A stretch of 64,000 nt of DNA, taken from assembly GCA_963777605.1 (NCBI GenBank), contig CAVZRV010000011.1, forward strand, positions 416,001 to 480,000, written 5' to 3'. Shown in pieces: positions 19,401-29,771 of this stretch; position 1 is the first letter of the stretch; each line of letters opens with the position of its first letter. The notes under the pieces are model-generated. The model had not been told where the DNA came from. It did no database searches and saw nothing but the letters and a program-made list of their open reading frames with translations. Source of the DNA: an uncultured Acidobacteriota bacterium (GTDB taxonomy: Bacteria > Acidobacteriota > UBA6911 > RPQK01 > JAPXNP01). The position numbers were made by a program, and so were the translations under genes.

Positions 19401-21655
19401 TGCGACAGGCTCCTTCCGGAGGCCGCACTTCGTACCCTCGGGACGGGCCATCCCACCCGCGAGCATGCATCAGATCTCTTCTGACCCCGAGGACGCGCTG
19501 GCCCTGGCTCGAATCCACTGTCTGCTGGGTGCCCCCGAGCACGGACTCGAGATGTGTGAACGTGTGCTTAACCATGGAAACCGGGGTCAGGTCGTTCGGG
19601 CTCATCTGTTGTACGCCGAAGCATTTTCCTCTATTGAAAACCTGGAAGCTGCCGAAGATCACCTCAACGTCGGCCTTCGCCTCGTTCCCCGCCGGTGGAA
19701 TTACTACCGGGCCCGATTTCGAATCGCCCAATCAAGAATCGCCCTGGATATGGGTCGAACCGACCGAGCCGCGGTCCTGATCAGAGACCCCGCCGTCGAA
19801 CGCGTGCGTTCCAGGTTTAACCCCGTGCAACTAGAGTGCCTGGTCACTGAAAGCTCAGTCGCCATGCGTCGGGGAAATCACCGCCGAGCCCGACTGCTTG
19901 CCGAAAAGGCGCGCCTGAAAAGCCGGACGACTGAACGCCCCGGTCAGCGTGCTGAAGTCCTGGGAACCCTGGCCATAGCGGAAGCCTGCACCGGGAACGT
20001 CCCGGCGGCAGAGGTTCGCTACCAGCGGGCGCTGGGAATTCTTCTCGGATTCAAAAGCCTGCTATCGCCGGAGCTCAAGACGGGATTCGACCGTGCCCAC
20101 GTTGCCCCGATGCGCGACAAGGTACGGGCGAGATTGCAGACCTCCCGACCGAACAACGAGCCACCGTTCATGGTCGCGCTGGGCCGGTTTCTCGACAGCC
20201 TCAACAAGTTACCCGACGAAACAGCGTATTATTCCAGGATTCTCGACTGTATCCGGCAACAGTTCCCATTCTCGGGAGCGCGCCTTCACCTGGCAAACAC
20301 AACCGGCCTACCGGGAGCACGGGTCGCATCACTGGATTCCGTGCGCGACGATTACCGTCGATGGCTGGAAGCGGCACCTGCCGAGCCGCCTATCCACGTT
20401 GAAAGCGACCGACGCATAGTTTCAATCTCCGTCGCCCTCTCCAAGGGGCCGGCTACCCGCGGATGGCTCTATCTCGAGCGCCCCGGGCGCCTGTTGCCGG
20501 AGTTGGACTTCGACCTTCTGGTCGTCCTGAAGGGAATCCTGGAGCAGCTTCTGGAGAAGCCGCCCCAGGGCGGTTCCAGATCCGGCTCGACGTCCCAAAC
20601 TGCAAAGCGGGCAGATAACGTCACCATTTGTCGGCAAACATCCTGCCGTTATCGACTTACTGGGCAAACTCGACCGTTTCTCCAAGACACGGTCAACCAT
20701 TCTCCTGGCAGGAGAAAGCGGCACAGGGAAAGAGCTCCTCGCCCGGATGATCCACGAATCCAGCGGCCTTAAAGGAGCTTTCATAGCGGTCAACTGCGCG
20801 ACCTTCTCCCGGGACCTGATCGAGAGCCAGCTGTTTGGACATGCCAGGGGCGCTTTCACTGGAGCCACCGGCGATCAAACCGGATTCTTCGAGGCGGCCG
20901 CCGGAGGGACCCTGTTCCTCGACGAGATTTCGGCCATGCCTTTCGACCTCCAGCCTCGCCTTCTCCGAGTCCTCCAGGAGCGTAAAGTCATCCGCCTGGG
21001 AGAGACTTTCGAACGGGACATCGACGCCCGCATCGTTGCCGCAACCAACCGGGACCTGGTCGAGCTCTGCGCCCAGAGGAAATTCCGGTTCGACCTATAT
21101 CACCGCCTGAACGTTCTCCGCCTGGAAATCCCCCCGCTCCGCGAACGTGCGTCCGATATCCCGCTCCTTTGCAACCACTGCCTGGACCGTCTCCAACGGG
21201 AGTTGGGCCTGAGGTCGCACCTGACACCGGAAGCCCTCGCCCTGCTTCAGCAGTACTCTTTTCCGGGCAATGTCCGGGAACTGGCCAATTTGCTCGAAAA
21301 GCTTGCCTGTTCGAGCGCGGACGGAGCGATTGATCGGTCCGCGGTTGAATCGGAACTCGATCGGCACCGCTTTCGAAACGCCGCCGCAACGAGTCCGCAC
21401 ATTCTGCAGATCATCGCAGACCTCGAGTCAGGAAGGACCAATTTCTGGACGGGCGTCCGCGAACCATTCCTCCAGCGAAGACTCTCCCGGGCAGAAGTCC
21501 GGCAGATCGTCTCGATCGGCCTCGAAAAATGCGAAGGCAGCTACCGGAGGCTCACCCGGTATTTCGGTCTCGGGGATGAAGATTACAAGCGCTTTCTCGG
21601 ATTCCTCTCCAACCACGGATGCAAGGTTGATTTTCGGCTCTATCGCAATCGCTGA
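16461..21655 (+). CDS. Giant sigma54-dependent activator: Ser/Thr pseudokinase + AAA/STAND-like ATPase + helical (TPR-like) + GAF-like + sigma54 AAA+; split by two frameshifts (~19470, ~20560)
   Basis: YCAPE..DLYTLG kinase C-lobe; LTGSAGIGKTRLL Walker A; frame 2 from ~20580 reads FVGKHPAV..ILLAGESGTGKELLARMIH..ESQLFGHARGAFTGA..LFLDEI..FRFDLYHRL..FPGNVREL; ORFs 16452..19484, 19288..20772 and 20747..21655 overlap in successive frames. Confidence 0.75.
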
Positions 21656-21669
21656 CCCGTATTCCCGGC

Positions 21670-22011
21670 CTACTTCTTCTTGAGAGAACGGAGGTAGGCG
21701 ATTACGTCCGCGATTTCCTGGTCTGAGACCCCGCGGATGGCAGCCATCTTGCCCTTGCCCTTCTGGATCGTGGTCTTGATTTCTTCGTCAGTCTTTTTCT
21801 GAATATATTCTGAACTCATCGGGTGGAACTGAGCGCCGAGCATCTTGGCGATCGCCGGGTTACCCGACCCGTCCGCTCCGTGGCACATCTTGCAGCGCTT
21901 GAGGTAAACAGCCTTGCCCTTTGCAACCTGATCACTGGTCATTCCCAGGACCAGGACAGGAAGGCTGAACATCAGCGCCATGAACACCGCCCAACTAATT
22001 CGTCTTCGCAT
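21670..22011 (-). CDS. Monoheme c-type cytochrome
   Basis: Signal peptide; CKMCH heme motif; GKGKM axial Met; DVIAYLRSL. Confidence 0.9.
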   Translation of the reverse strand: MRRRISWAVFMALMFSLPVLVLGMTSDQVAKGKAVYLKRCKMCHGADGSGNPAIAKMLGAQFHPMSSEYIQKKTDEEIKTTIQKGKGKMAAIRGVSDQEIADVIAYLRSLKKK

Positions 22012-22144
22012 AGTGATAAGCTCCGTTTCCTGCCTGCCCATACAAGAAGGCGAGGTGCAACCTCCAGCGACCCGGTTGGCCCATGATTACACGCACCAAA
22101 TCCGAGTTTCCCCAACTCATTTCGACACGAACAGCGACGTCGAT

Positions 22145-24583
22145 TTACGAAACAGGCACTTCTGATTCGACTTTAGCAGAACTTTCCTCGGAGCTCTCGT
22201 CGACGCTTACGACGAACCCGCATTCCTTGTTGGGACAGAACCTGCGGGTCCCTGACTTCTTCGTCGTCTTCTCGAGGAGGTAGGGTGTACCACAATCGGG
22301 GCAGGCTTCGGGTATCGGCTTCTGCCAGAGCACGAAATTGCAGTCAGGGTACCGATCGCAAGCGTAGAAGGTCTTGCCTCGCTTGGACTTCCGCTCAACC
22401 AGCTCGCCCTGCTTGCACTCGGGACAGGTCACTCCGGTGCCGTTTGGCTTGATATAGCGGCATTCGGGATACTGTCTGCACGCGATGAACTCCCCGTACC
22501 GGCCCATCTTCTTGACCAGCTTATCGCCGCAGTTCGGGCAGTTCTCATCCAGTTCGACCTCCTGCGCCGCCACCGTCTGACCATCCTTCTGGATCAGCTG
22601 CTTGGTGTTCTTGCACTCGGGATAGCCGCTGCAGGCGAGGAAATGGCCGTACCTGCCGCGCTTGAGAACCATCGGCCTTCCACACTTGGAGCAAACCTCT
22701 CTCGGGGCCTCGACAGGATCGGATTCGTTCTCTTTGCGTTCCCGGGTGTTTCTACACTTGGGATAGTTGGCGCAGGAAAGAAAGCGACCGAACTTGCCCC
22801 ACCGCATCACCATCATGCTGCCACAGAGCTCACACTTTTCGTCGGTTGGGACCTCTTCCCGGCGGAGGTTCTTCATCTCCGTACGGGCGTGGTCGAGATT
22901 TTCCTTGAAACCTTTGTAGAACCCGTCAAGAGTCTCGATCCAGTCGGCTTCGCCCGATTCGATGCTGTCGAGATCGCGTTCCAACTTCGCGGTATAGTCG
23001 TAGTCGAACAGCTCGTTGAAGTAACGGATCAAGAGGTCGTTAACGACCTCCCCAAGCTCGGTAGCCGCAAATCGCCCTTCGTCTTTCCGGACGTAGTCGC
23101 GGCTCATGATCACCGACAGGATCTGCTGGTAGGTCGACGGCCGTCCAATTCCCTTCTCTTCCAGCGCTTTCACCAGGCTCGCCTCGTTAAAGCGCGGAGG
23201 GGGTTGGGTGAACTTCTGCTCGCGGAGCAGTTCAAGAACCTTCAGCTTCTCTCCCTCGGTGAGCTCGGGGAGAATTTTCCCCTCAGAGGATGAATCACCC
23301 GCCTCGTCATCCTCGTCGGAACGGTACAGTTTGAGAAAGCCGTCAAACTTCAAGATCGACCCGACAACCTTGAAATCCACGTCCCCGGCACCAATGAGCA
23401 ACTCGGTCTGGTCGAAGAGCGCCGGCACCATCTGGCAGGCCACAAATCGGTTCCAAATCAGGCTGTAAAGTCGAAAGAGGTCCCGCTCCAGGAAAGGCTT
23501 CACCCGGTCGGGGTGGCGTGCAACCGAAGTTGGCCTGATGGCCTCATGAGCATCCTGCGCACCCTTCTTGGTCCGGTAACGGACGGGATCCTTGGGCAGG
23601 TACTTCTCGCCGAAACTCTCGGTGATGTATCCCCGGACCTCATTCAGGGCGTCGTCCGAGATCCGTGTCGAGTCTGTTCTCATGTAGGTGATCAACCCGA
23701 CTGTCCCCTCGTCCCCGAGGTCGATGCCCTCGTAGAGGCGCTGGGCAAGGGTCATCGTCTTCTTGACCGTAAACCCCAATTTGCGGACCGCTTCCTGCTG
23801 CAACTTGCTCGTGATGAAGGGGGGAACCGGTCTTCGCTTGCGTTCCTTCCGGGTCACGGACTTCACGACGAAATCTGCCGTCTGGAGGTGGTCGAGAAGG
23901 GCGTCCGCCTCTTCCTGGTTGGGAATGTGGAACTTTTTACCCCGCAGATGGAAGGCCTTCGCCTCGAACGGAGGGGGCTCACTTCCCTTGAGGTGGACCT
24001 TGAAGTCCCAATATTCTTCCGGCTGGAAAGCCCGGATCTCGCACTCCCGTTCGACGATCATCCGAACGGCCACAGTCTGGACCCGGCCCGCCGAAAGACC
24101 CTTCCTCACCTTCTGCCAAAGGAGAGGACTCACCTTGTAACCCACGATCCGATCGAGGATACGACGGGCCTGCTGGGCATCGACCTTGTCCTGGTCGATC
24201 TGGGACGGGTGCTCGAGGGCCTTCAAAATGGCCGTTTTGGTGATCTCGTTGAAGAGAATCCGGTAAATCGGCTGATCTCCCTGACCGTTCAACTCGTGGG
24301 CCAGGTGAAAGCAGATGGCCTCCCCCTCGCGATCAGGGTCGGCAGCAAGGTAGATCACGTCAGCCGACTTCGCCTCTTTCTTGAGGCCGGCCACGACCGA
24401 CTCTTTCCCTTGAATGATCCGGTATGTTGGGTTGAACCCGTGACGAATGTCCACTCCGAGAGCCCGCGGTGGAAGATCTCGAACGTGACCCGCCGAAGCA
24501 CGAACCCGGAAATTCTTACCAAGGTACTTCTCAATGGTCCGCGCTTTTGCCGGAGATTCCACGATGACGATTGACTTCTTCAC
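22145..24583 (-). CDS. topA: DNA topoisomerase I
   Basis: IVESPAKA, DPDREGE, SAGRVQ, ITYMRTDS, GIGRPSTY, four C-terminal C4 zinc ribbons. Confidence 0.97.
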   Translation of the reverse strand: MKKSIVIVESPAKARTIEKYLGKNFRVRASAGHVRDLPPRALGVDIRHGFNPTYRIIQGKESVVAGLKKEAKSADVIYLAADPDREGEAICFHLAHELNGQGDQPIYRILFNEITKTAILKALEHPSQIDQDKVDAQQARRILDRIVGYKVSPLLWQKVRKGLSAGRVQTVAVRMIVERECEIRAFQPEEYWDFKVHLKGSEPPPFEAKAFHLRGKKFHIPNQEEADALLDHLQTADFVVKSVTRKERKRRPVPPFITSKLQQEAVRKLGFTVKKTMTLAQRLYEGIDLGDEGTVGLITYMRTDSTRISDDALNEVRGYITESFGEKYLPKDPVRYRTKKGAQDAHEAIRPTSVARHPDRVKPFLERDLFRLYSLIWNRFVACQMVPALFDQTELLIGAGDVDFKVVGSILKFDGFLKLYRSDEDDEAGDSSSEGKILPELTEGEKLKVLELLREQKFTQPPPRFNEASLVKALEEKGIGRPSTYQQILSVIMSRDYVRKDEGRFAATELGEVVNDLLIRYFNELFDYDYTAKLERDLDSIESGEADWIETLDGFYKGFKENLDHARTEMKNLRREEVPTDEKCELCGSMMVMRWGKFGRFLSCANYPKCRNTRERKENESDPVEAPREVCSKCGRPMVLKRGRYGHFLACSGYPECKNTKQLIQKDGQTVAAQEVELDENCPNCGDKLVKKMGRYGEFIACRQYPECRYIKPNGTGVTCPECKQGELVERKSKRGKTFYACDRYPDCNFVLWQKPIPEACPDCGTPYLLEKTTKKSGTRRFCPNKECGFVVSVDESSEESSAKVESEVPVS

Positions 24584-24682
24584 TAACCTTCCTCCGCGGG
24601 AACCGCCCGCCGTTCCCGTAATCTATAGCACAAGACGCAGCAACCTGCGGTTCGGTTGCGCCACAATAAAATTCAACGGAAT

Positions 24683-25870
24683 TCAATCCACCCTTCGATT
24701 TTCGCAGCGGCTTGCCGCTTTCCCGACTGCGGGCCCCTTCTTCTTTAACGATACCGTATCCAGCCTGCGGGCATATCTTCTGCCCGGAAAGACCCGAATT
24801 CTCCCCCGCGCTTCAAGGCCAACGAGGATAGCACTGAGTTCGGTCACAGTGCGGCCGCTCAATTCGAGGAGCCGGTCAAAGTGCTCGGCCCGATCGCAGG
24901 AAAGTAACTCGAGGACCTCTCGTCCACCTGGATCGCATTCCTCTTGCCGCTCTTCCTTCTTCCCGTCACAGTCGAGGTCGCGCTTCAACCGGTTGAGCAC
25001 TTCGACCGGCAGGTCTTCGAGAACATCCTGGTAGCAGAGCAGCGGTTTCGCGCCCTGCTTGATCAGGTGGTTCGGCCCAAAACTCCCGGGGTTCGTGATG
25101 TTGCCCGGTACGGCCCAGAGTTCCCGGTTCTGCTCCAGAGTCAGGCGGGCCGTGATCAGGGAACCGGAGAATTCCGACGCCTCGGGAATGACCGTTCCGA
25201 GAGCCAGGCCACTGATGATACGGTTTCGAATCGGGAAGTTTTGTGGAGTCGGCAAGGTGCCGGGCGGAAACTCCGACAGTAAACATCCCTGCTGTCGAAT
25301 CCTGCGGTAAAGCTTCCGACTGCTCCGAGGATAGACGAAATCCGCCCCGGTCCCCATCACTGCGACGGTTGCGCCTCCGGTGGCCAGGGCTCCCTGGTGG
25401 GCTTTGGTGTCGATTCCCAGCGCCATGCCGCTGACTATTCCAAGACCCAATCGCGCCAGGTCCCTGGAAAGAACTTCCGCCACTTCCTCACCGTAGACGG
25501 AGCATTTCCGAGAACCGACCACCGCAATCATTGGAATCGACAGCAGCCCCAAATCACCCAGGACATAGAGCACCAGGGGAGGATCGAAAATCCGCTTGAG
25601 CAGTTCCGGGTAGTCGGAGTGGTCCGTCGTAATGACCTGCATCCCCTTTCCCCCAGCCTCCTCCAAGACCTTCTCGGCATCCTTGTGTGCCCAACCCCCG
25701 CGTATGTAGTACTGAATCTCGGAACTGAGTCCGAGCGACTTCAAGCTGGCCCGAGACATCCGGAAAAGTTCGGACGGAGACCCGAAGCGACGAATCATCT
25801 TCCAGATTCGAGCAGTACCGAGGCCCGGCACCAGGGAAAGACTCAACAGATCAAAGGCTTTCTGGTCCAT
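24683..25870 (-). CDS. dprA: DNA-processing protein DprA
   Basis: DPPLVLY, AVVGSR, VSGMALGID, FPIRNRIISGL, SGSLITA, NHLIKQGA; upstream of topA. Confidence 0.95.
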   Translation of the reverse strand: MDQKAFDLLSLSLVPGLGTARIWKMIRRFGSPSELFRMSRASLKSLGLSSEIQYYIRGGWAHKDAEKVLEEAGGKGMQVITTDHSDYPELLKRIFDPPLVLYVLGDLGLLSIPMIAVVGSRKCSVYGEEVAEVLSRDLARLGLGIVSGMALGIDTKAHQGALATGGATVAVMGTGADFVYPRSSRKLYRRIRQQGCLLSEFPPGTLPTPQNFPIRNRIISGLALGTVIPEASEFSGSLITARLTLEQNRELWAVPGNITNPGSFGPNHLIKQGAKPLLCYQDVLEDLPVEVLNRLKRDLDCDGKKEERQEECDPGGREVLELLSCDRAEHFDRLLELSGRTVTELSAILVGLEARGRIRVFPGRRYARRLDTVSLKKKGPAVGKAASRCENRRVD

Positions 25871-26032
25871 TCATAATCTAATAACGAACCAGCCTCGAAA
25901 TCTGCGGGAAGGAGACAGGAGACAGGAGCAGGAGACAGGAAGATTGGACTCAATCCCGCTAACACCTGCAAGGCCTGAGAGTGGAAAATGTGGCGCCCAG
26001 GAACCAGAAATGGGGAACCCGCCCCCCAACGC

Positions 26033-26845
26033 TTACTGAGCACCCGACAGGCTGCCTGCGGGGGCGAACCTGACCGGTTCGATCTTGTCGATCAGCCCCA
26101 GTTTTCCCGCCAGTTCGTAAAACCGCCGGAGCCCGCGCTGGTTGTCGCTGTCCAGAGAGAAGTCGAGATTGAGGGTCAGGTAAGAACGAATGTCGGGTGC
26201 TGTGACCGGCAGGCGCGAGGAATACCACTCTGCAATGAAAGGCAACGATCTGAGCCCCTCTTCCCGGGATCGGTGAAAGTCGGCCAAATCCTCTTCCGAC
26301 AGGCCCTGTCGCCGAACCGCCCAAAACGCAAACACGAAGGGCAACCCGGTGAAACGATTCCATTCAGCTGCCAGGTCGTGAACGTAGAGACCGTCTGTCG
26401 GGACCTGGAGGGCCGGATTACCGATCACGAGCCCAGCGTCGAAGTCTCGCAGCATCTCGCGCGGACTTGGTGGGCACTCCACGAATTCAACTCCGCGCAG
26501 GCCGTAGAACTCCAGGATCAGGATCTTCAACAGCGCCACCGAGGTCCGGCTGGAGGCATCCACGGCGATTCTTCGAACCGACCGAATTGGCACCCGGCTC
26601 AGAAAGAGGACGCTCCGAACCTCGCGCTTGGATGCGATTGCGATCCCGGGCACGACTTCGAGGCCCGGAATCCGCTGGTACTCGATCACTGGGATGAGAC
26701 CCGCGTCGGCCTCGCCGTTCTTCAGGTGGCGGGCACATTCCGCCGGCACGTCGAAAAGAACCTCGTGTTTCCCTTTAAGAGAACCGTGTAAGAATCCCCA
26801 TCCCAGGGGAACCGCATTCAGAAACTCGATAAATGAAATCCTCAT
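26033..26845 (-). CDS. mqnA: Chorismate dehydratase (futalosine menaquinone pathway)
   Basis: I.FLNA.PL, V.SV.F.S, SRTSV.L, LVIG..AL, DLA.EW...TGLPFVFA.W. Confidence 0.88.
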   Translation of the reverse strand: MRISFIEFLNAVPLGWGFLHGSLKGKHEVLFDVPAECARHLKNGEADAGLIPVIEYQRIPGLEVVPGIAIASKREVRSVLFLSRVPIRSVRRIAVDASSRTSVALLKILILEFYGLRGVEFVECPPSPREMLRDFDAGLVIGNPALQVPTDGLYVHDLAAEWNRFTGLPFVFAFWAVRRQGLSEEDLADFHRSREEGLRSLPFIAEWYSSRLPVTAPDIRSYLTLNLDFSLDSDNQRGLRRFYELAGKLGLIDKIEPVRFAPAGSLSGAQ

Positions 26846-26946
26846 TCGTTCGTCCTGTCCGCCAGACTACCACGGATAGAACGGCTTGCGGTCGAGAGGG
26901 AGGAGGAGCTTACCCTGAGGCCTTCGATCACACTACAATCACTTCC

Positions 26947-28116
26947 ATGGATGTCACGCTGGGACTCGATGTTCTGTTGAACGAACGACTCGATCTTCTT
27001 TACGGCAAACGCGTCGGGGTGCTGGCCCACCCCGCGTCGATCAACCTCGGCCGCCGGCATATTGTCGATCTGCTCGTGGAGCGACCCGAGGTTCAACTTA
27101 CCGCCGTCTTCGGGCCCCAGCACGGAGCCCGCGGAGAGACCCAGGACAACATGATTGAATGGCAGGACTATCGTGATCACAGGACCGGAATCCCGGTCTA
27201 CTCACTGTACGGCACTACCCGCAAGCCGACCCGGGAAATGCTGGAGAATCTGGATGTTCTGGTCATCGACTTGCAGGATGTCGGGGCTCGTTACTACACC
27301 TTCATCTACACGATGGCACTGGCGATGGAAGCCTGTGCGGAACAGGGGAAAGCAGTAGTCGTCCTCGATCGGCCCAACCCGATCAACGGAGTCGACGTCG
27401 AAGGGCCCGTTCTGGATCCCCATTTCTGCTCGTTCGTGGGACTCTACCCAATTCCGGTTCGTCACGGGATGACTCCTGGAGAACTGGCTCAAATGTTTAA
27501 CCGGGAATTCGAGATCGAAGTAGAACTGACGGTCGTTCCAATGCAGGGTTGGCACCGTGAACAGCATTTCGACGAGACCGGCCTTCCCTGGGTGATGCCA
27601 TCCCCGAACATGCCAAACCTGAACGCCGCGCTGGTCTATCCCGGGCTCTGCCTGCTTGAAGGCACGAACGTCTCGGAGGGACGAGGCACCACCGCACCCT
27701 TTGAATTCAGCGGGGCCCCCTGGATCGACTCCGAGGACTTCGCCGCGCGGATGTCCGAAAAGAAGCTGCCGGGGGCCTTCTTCCGGCCGCTCCATTTTCT
27801 GCCGACTTTCCACAAGTGGGCTGGACATCTCGTTGGAGGAGTCCAGATTCACGTGACGGATCGGGGTTCCTTTCAGCCCTTCCTGACGGGAATGTTGCTG
27901 ATCGAGGCCTACCGGGAATCCGGCCCGGAGCTCTTTCAGTGGAAGATGCCGCCTTATGAGTACGAATACGACCTGCTCCCATTCGACATCCTATGCGGCA
28001 CCGACCAGGTCAGGAAAACGATGGAATCCGGCGAGTCGCTGGCGGAACTGGCCGCCGGCTGGATTTCCGAAATCGAACGATTCCGCCAACTCCGGGAACC
28101 GTTCCTGCTGTACTGA
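26947..28116 (+). CDS. namZ: Exo-beta-N-acetylmuramidase NamZ-like (DUF1343)
   Basis: FGPQHG.RG, YSLYG..RKP, DLQDVG.RYYTF, LDRPNP, RHGMT.GE, PSPNMP, SEGRGTT.PFE. Confidence 0.88.
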   Translation: MDVTLGLDVLLNERLDLLYGKRVGVLAHPASINLGRRHIVDLLVERPEVQLTAVFGPQHGARGETQDNMIEWQDYRDHRTGIPVYSLYGTTRKPTREMLENLDVLVIDLQDVGARYYTFIYTMALAMEACAEQGKAVVVLDRPNPINGVDVEGPVLDPHFCSFVGLYPIPVRHGMTPGELAQMFNREFEIEVELTVVPMQGWHREQHFDETGLPWVMPSPNMPNLNAALVYPGLCLLEGTNVSEGRGTTAPFEFSGAPWIDSEDFAARMSEKKLPGAFFRPLHFLPTFHKWAGHLVGGVQIHVTDRGSFQPFLTGMLLIEAYRESGPELFQWKMPPYEYEYDLLPFDILCGTDQVRKTMESGESLAELAAGWISEIERFRQLREPFLLY

Positions 28117-28172
28117 AGTCCGCATCTGTTAAGATTCCACCTTCCCGCGGGACTCTTGCGGGGGGAGCTGAG

Positions 28173-28718
28173 ATGATCGACGATCGCCACGAGACAGAAG
28201 CCAAGATCCGGATCGAACTTGAAGCCATTCCACGGCTGAGAGAACAGGCCCGTGCACTCGGCTTTCGGCAGACTGGGGCATTGCAGGACGAGATGAACAT
28301 CCTGTTCGACTTTCCTGACGGCCGGCTTCGCGAGTCAGGGACCGCACTTCGCCTCAGGCAATACGGAGATCAGTGCCGTCTGACCTACAAGGGGCCGCGC
28401 ATCGACGATCCCCTGCTTAAGATCCGGCTCGAAGAGGAGACCTCGATTGGTGACTTCGCGACCGCCCGTCGCATCCTGGAACAGATCGGTCTCCAGGTCA
28501 GCTTTCGGTATGAGAAGAAGCGAGAGAAGTACCTTCTCGAGTCCGCCGACAAGCAGGTGGAATTGTGTATCGACCAGACCTCCGTAGGCTGTTTTGCCGA
28601 GATCGAGGGAAGCCCGAAGGCGATTACCGAATTGGCCCAGGCTTTCGGCTGGTCCCAGAGTCAATTTCTCAAGGTCAACTATGTCGATCTTTTCGCGGAG
28701 CAGGGCTTTGGTCGATGA
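28173..28718 (+). CDS. CYTH-domain protein (class IV adenylate cyclase-like / triphosphate tunnel metalloenzyme)
   Basis: ETEAK (ExExK), LRLR, LTYKGP, R.E.ET, YEK.RE, G.F.EIEG. Confidence 0.85.
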   Translation: MIDDRHETEAKIRIELEAIPRLREQARALGFRQTGALQDEMNILFDFPDGRLRESGTALRLRQYGDQCRLTYKGPRIDDPLLKIRLEEETSIGDFATARRILEQIGLQVSFRYEKKREKYLLESADKQVELCIDQTSVGCFAEIEGSPKAITELAQAFGWSQSQFLKVNYVDLFAEQGFGR

Positions 28719-29769
28719 CCTCGCGGGTGTGATCCTTGCGGCCGGGTTGGGAAGCCGACTGCAACCCCTGACCCATTTTCGGGCCAAGCCGGCGGTCCCA
28801 CTCCTGGGACGACCGCTGATCCAGTCCCCCCTGGAACTGCTTGCCGGGCTGGGCGTCCAAGATTGTGTGATCAACCTCCACCACCTGCCCGACTCGGTTC
28901 GGAGCGCCGTGATCGAACTGCAGACCGGCTTGCGAATTCGATACTCGCACGAGCCTGAGATCCTGGGAACCGCCGGAGCCCTGGTCCCGGCGCGCGATCT
29001 CCTGCGGGACCGAACCGTGATCCTGGCCAACGGCAAGATCCACTTCGAGGGCGCCTTGGAACCGGCCCTCGAGTTTCACCAAAGCCATGACTCCTGGGTG
29101 ACTCTCGTCCTGGTTCCATTCGAACTCGGGATGCCTTTCAACCCGGTCTGGATGGACTCAAACGGGGAGATCCGGAGCTTCGTATCTGGCCGTTCGCAAG
29201 CCGGAAACCCGCTGGCTCCCGTCCCCGGGTTGGAGCCATTCGTATTCACCGGGGTCCATATCCTGGACCCCAGGGCCGTTGAACTCATTCCCGACCGGCC
29301 CTATGAGACGGTGCTCGAACTCTACCCGAGCTTGATGAAGTCCGGGAAACCGACAATGGGTTTCGTCTCTTCGGCGTACTGGTGCGAAACCAGCACCCCG
29401 CAACGCTATCTGGGAAAAACCCTCGAACTCCTCGAACGGAGAGAACTCGATGGGATAGATCTCAGCGCGACCGGAACTCCGCTCGACCAGGGCGTCGTCG
29501 GACACCGGGCAACTCTGGGCAAAGGCTGTGTCGTCCGCAGATCGGTTCTCTGGGACCGGGTCAGCCTGGGAGAAGGAACGCACATTGAAAACTCGATCGT
29601 TGTCGATGGAGTTGCGGTCCCGGCCCGAACGACTATCCGGGACTGCATCTTGACTCCCCGGCGTCCTCGACTGGAATCGCTCTGCCGCTTCGCCGGCGGT
29701 TCCGTATCCGACAACTATCTCAGCTGGCCGTTCGCGTCAGATCCTTTTGACAGACTTCAGAGCAAGTAG
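28708..29769 (+). CDS. Sugar-1-phosphate nucleotidyltransferase (MurU-like) with C-terminal left-handed beta-helix
   Basis: ILAAGLGSRLQPLT..KP.VP, INLHHL, EPEILGTAG, FTGVHI; TTG start overlapping the CYTH stop. Confidence 0.82.
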   Translation: MVDDLAGVILAAGLGSRLQPLTHFRAKPAVPLLGRPLIQSPLELLAGLGVQDCVINLHHLPDSVRSAVIELQTGLRIRYSHEPEILGTAGALVPARDLLRDRTVILANGKIHFEGALEPALEFHQSHDSWVTLVLVPFELGMPFNPVWMDSNGEIRSFVSGRSQAGNPLAPVPGLEPFVFTGVHILDPRAVELIPDRPYETVLELYPSLMKSGKPTMGFVSSAYWCETSTPQRYLGKTLELLERRELDGIDLSATGTPLDQGVVGHRATLGKGCVVRRSVLWDRVSLGEGTHIENSIVVDGVAVPARTTIRDCILTPRRPRLESLCRFAGGSVSDNYLSWPFASDPFDRLQSK

Positions 29770-29771
29770 GC

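Noticed and set aside
19482-19484. TGA readthrough or selenocysteine in the large activator
   Set aside because: The protein-like continuation is in a different frame, so a frameshift rather than readthrough is needed.
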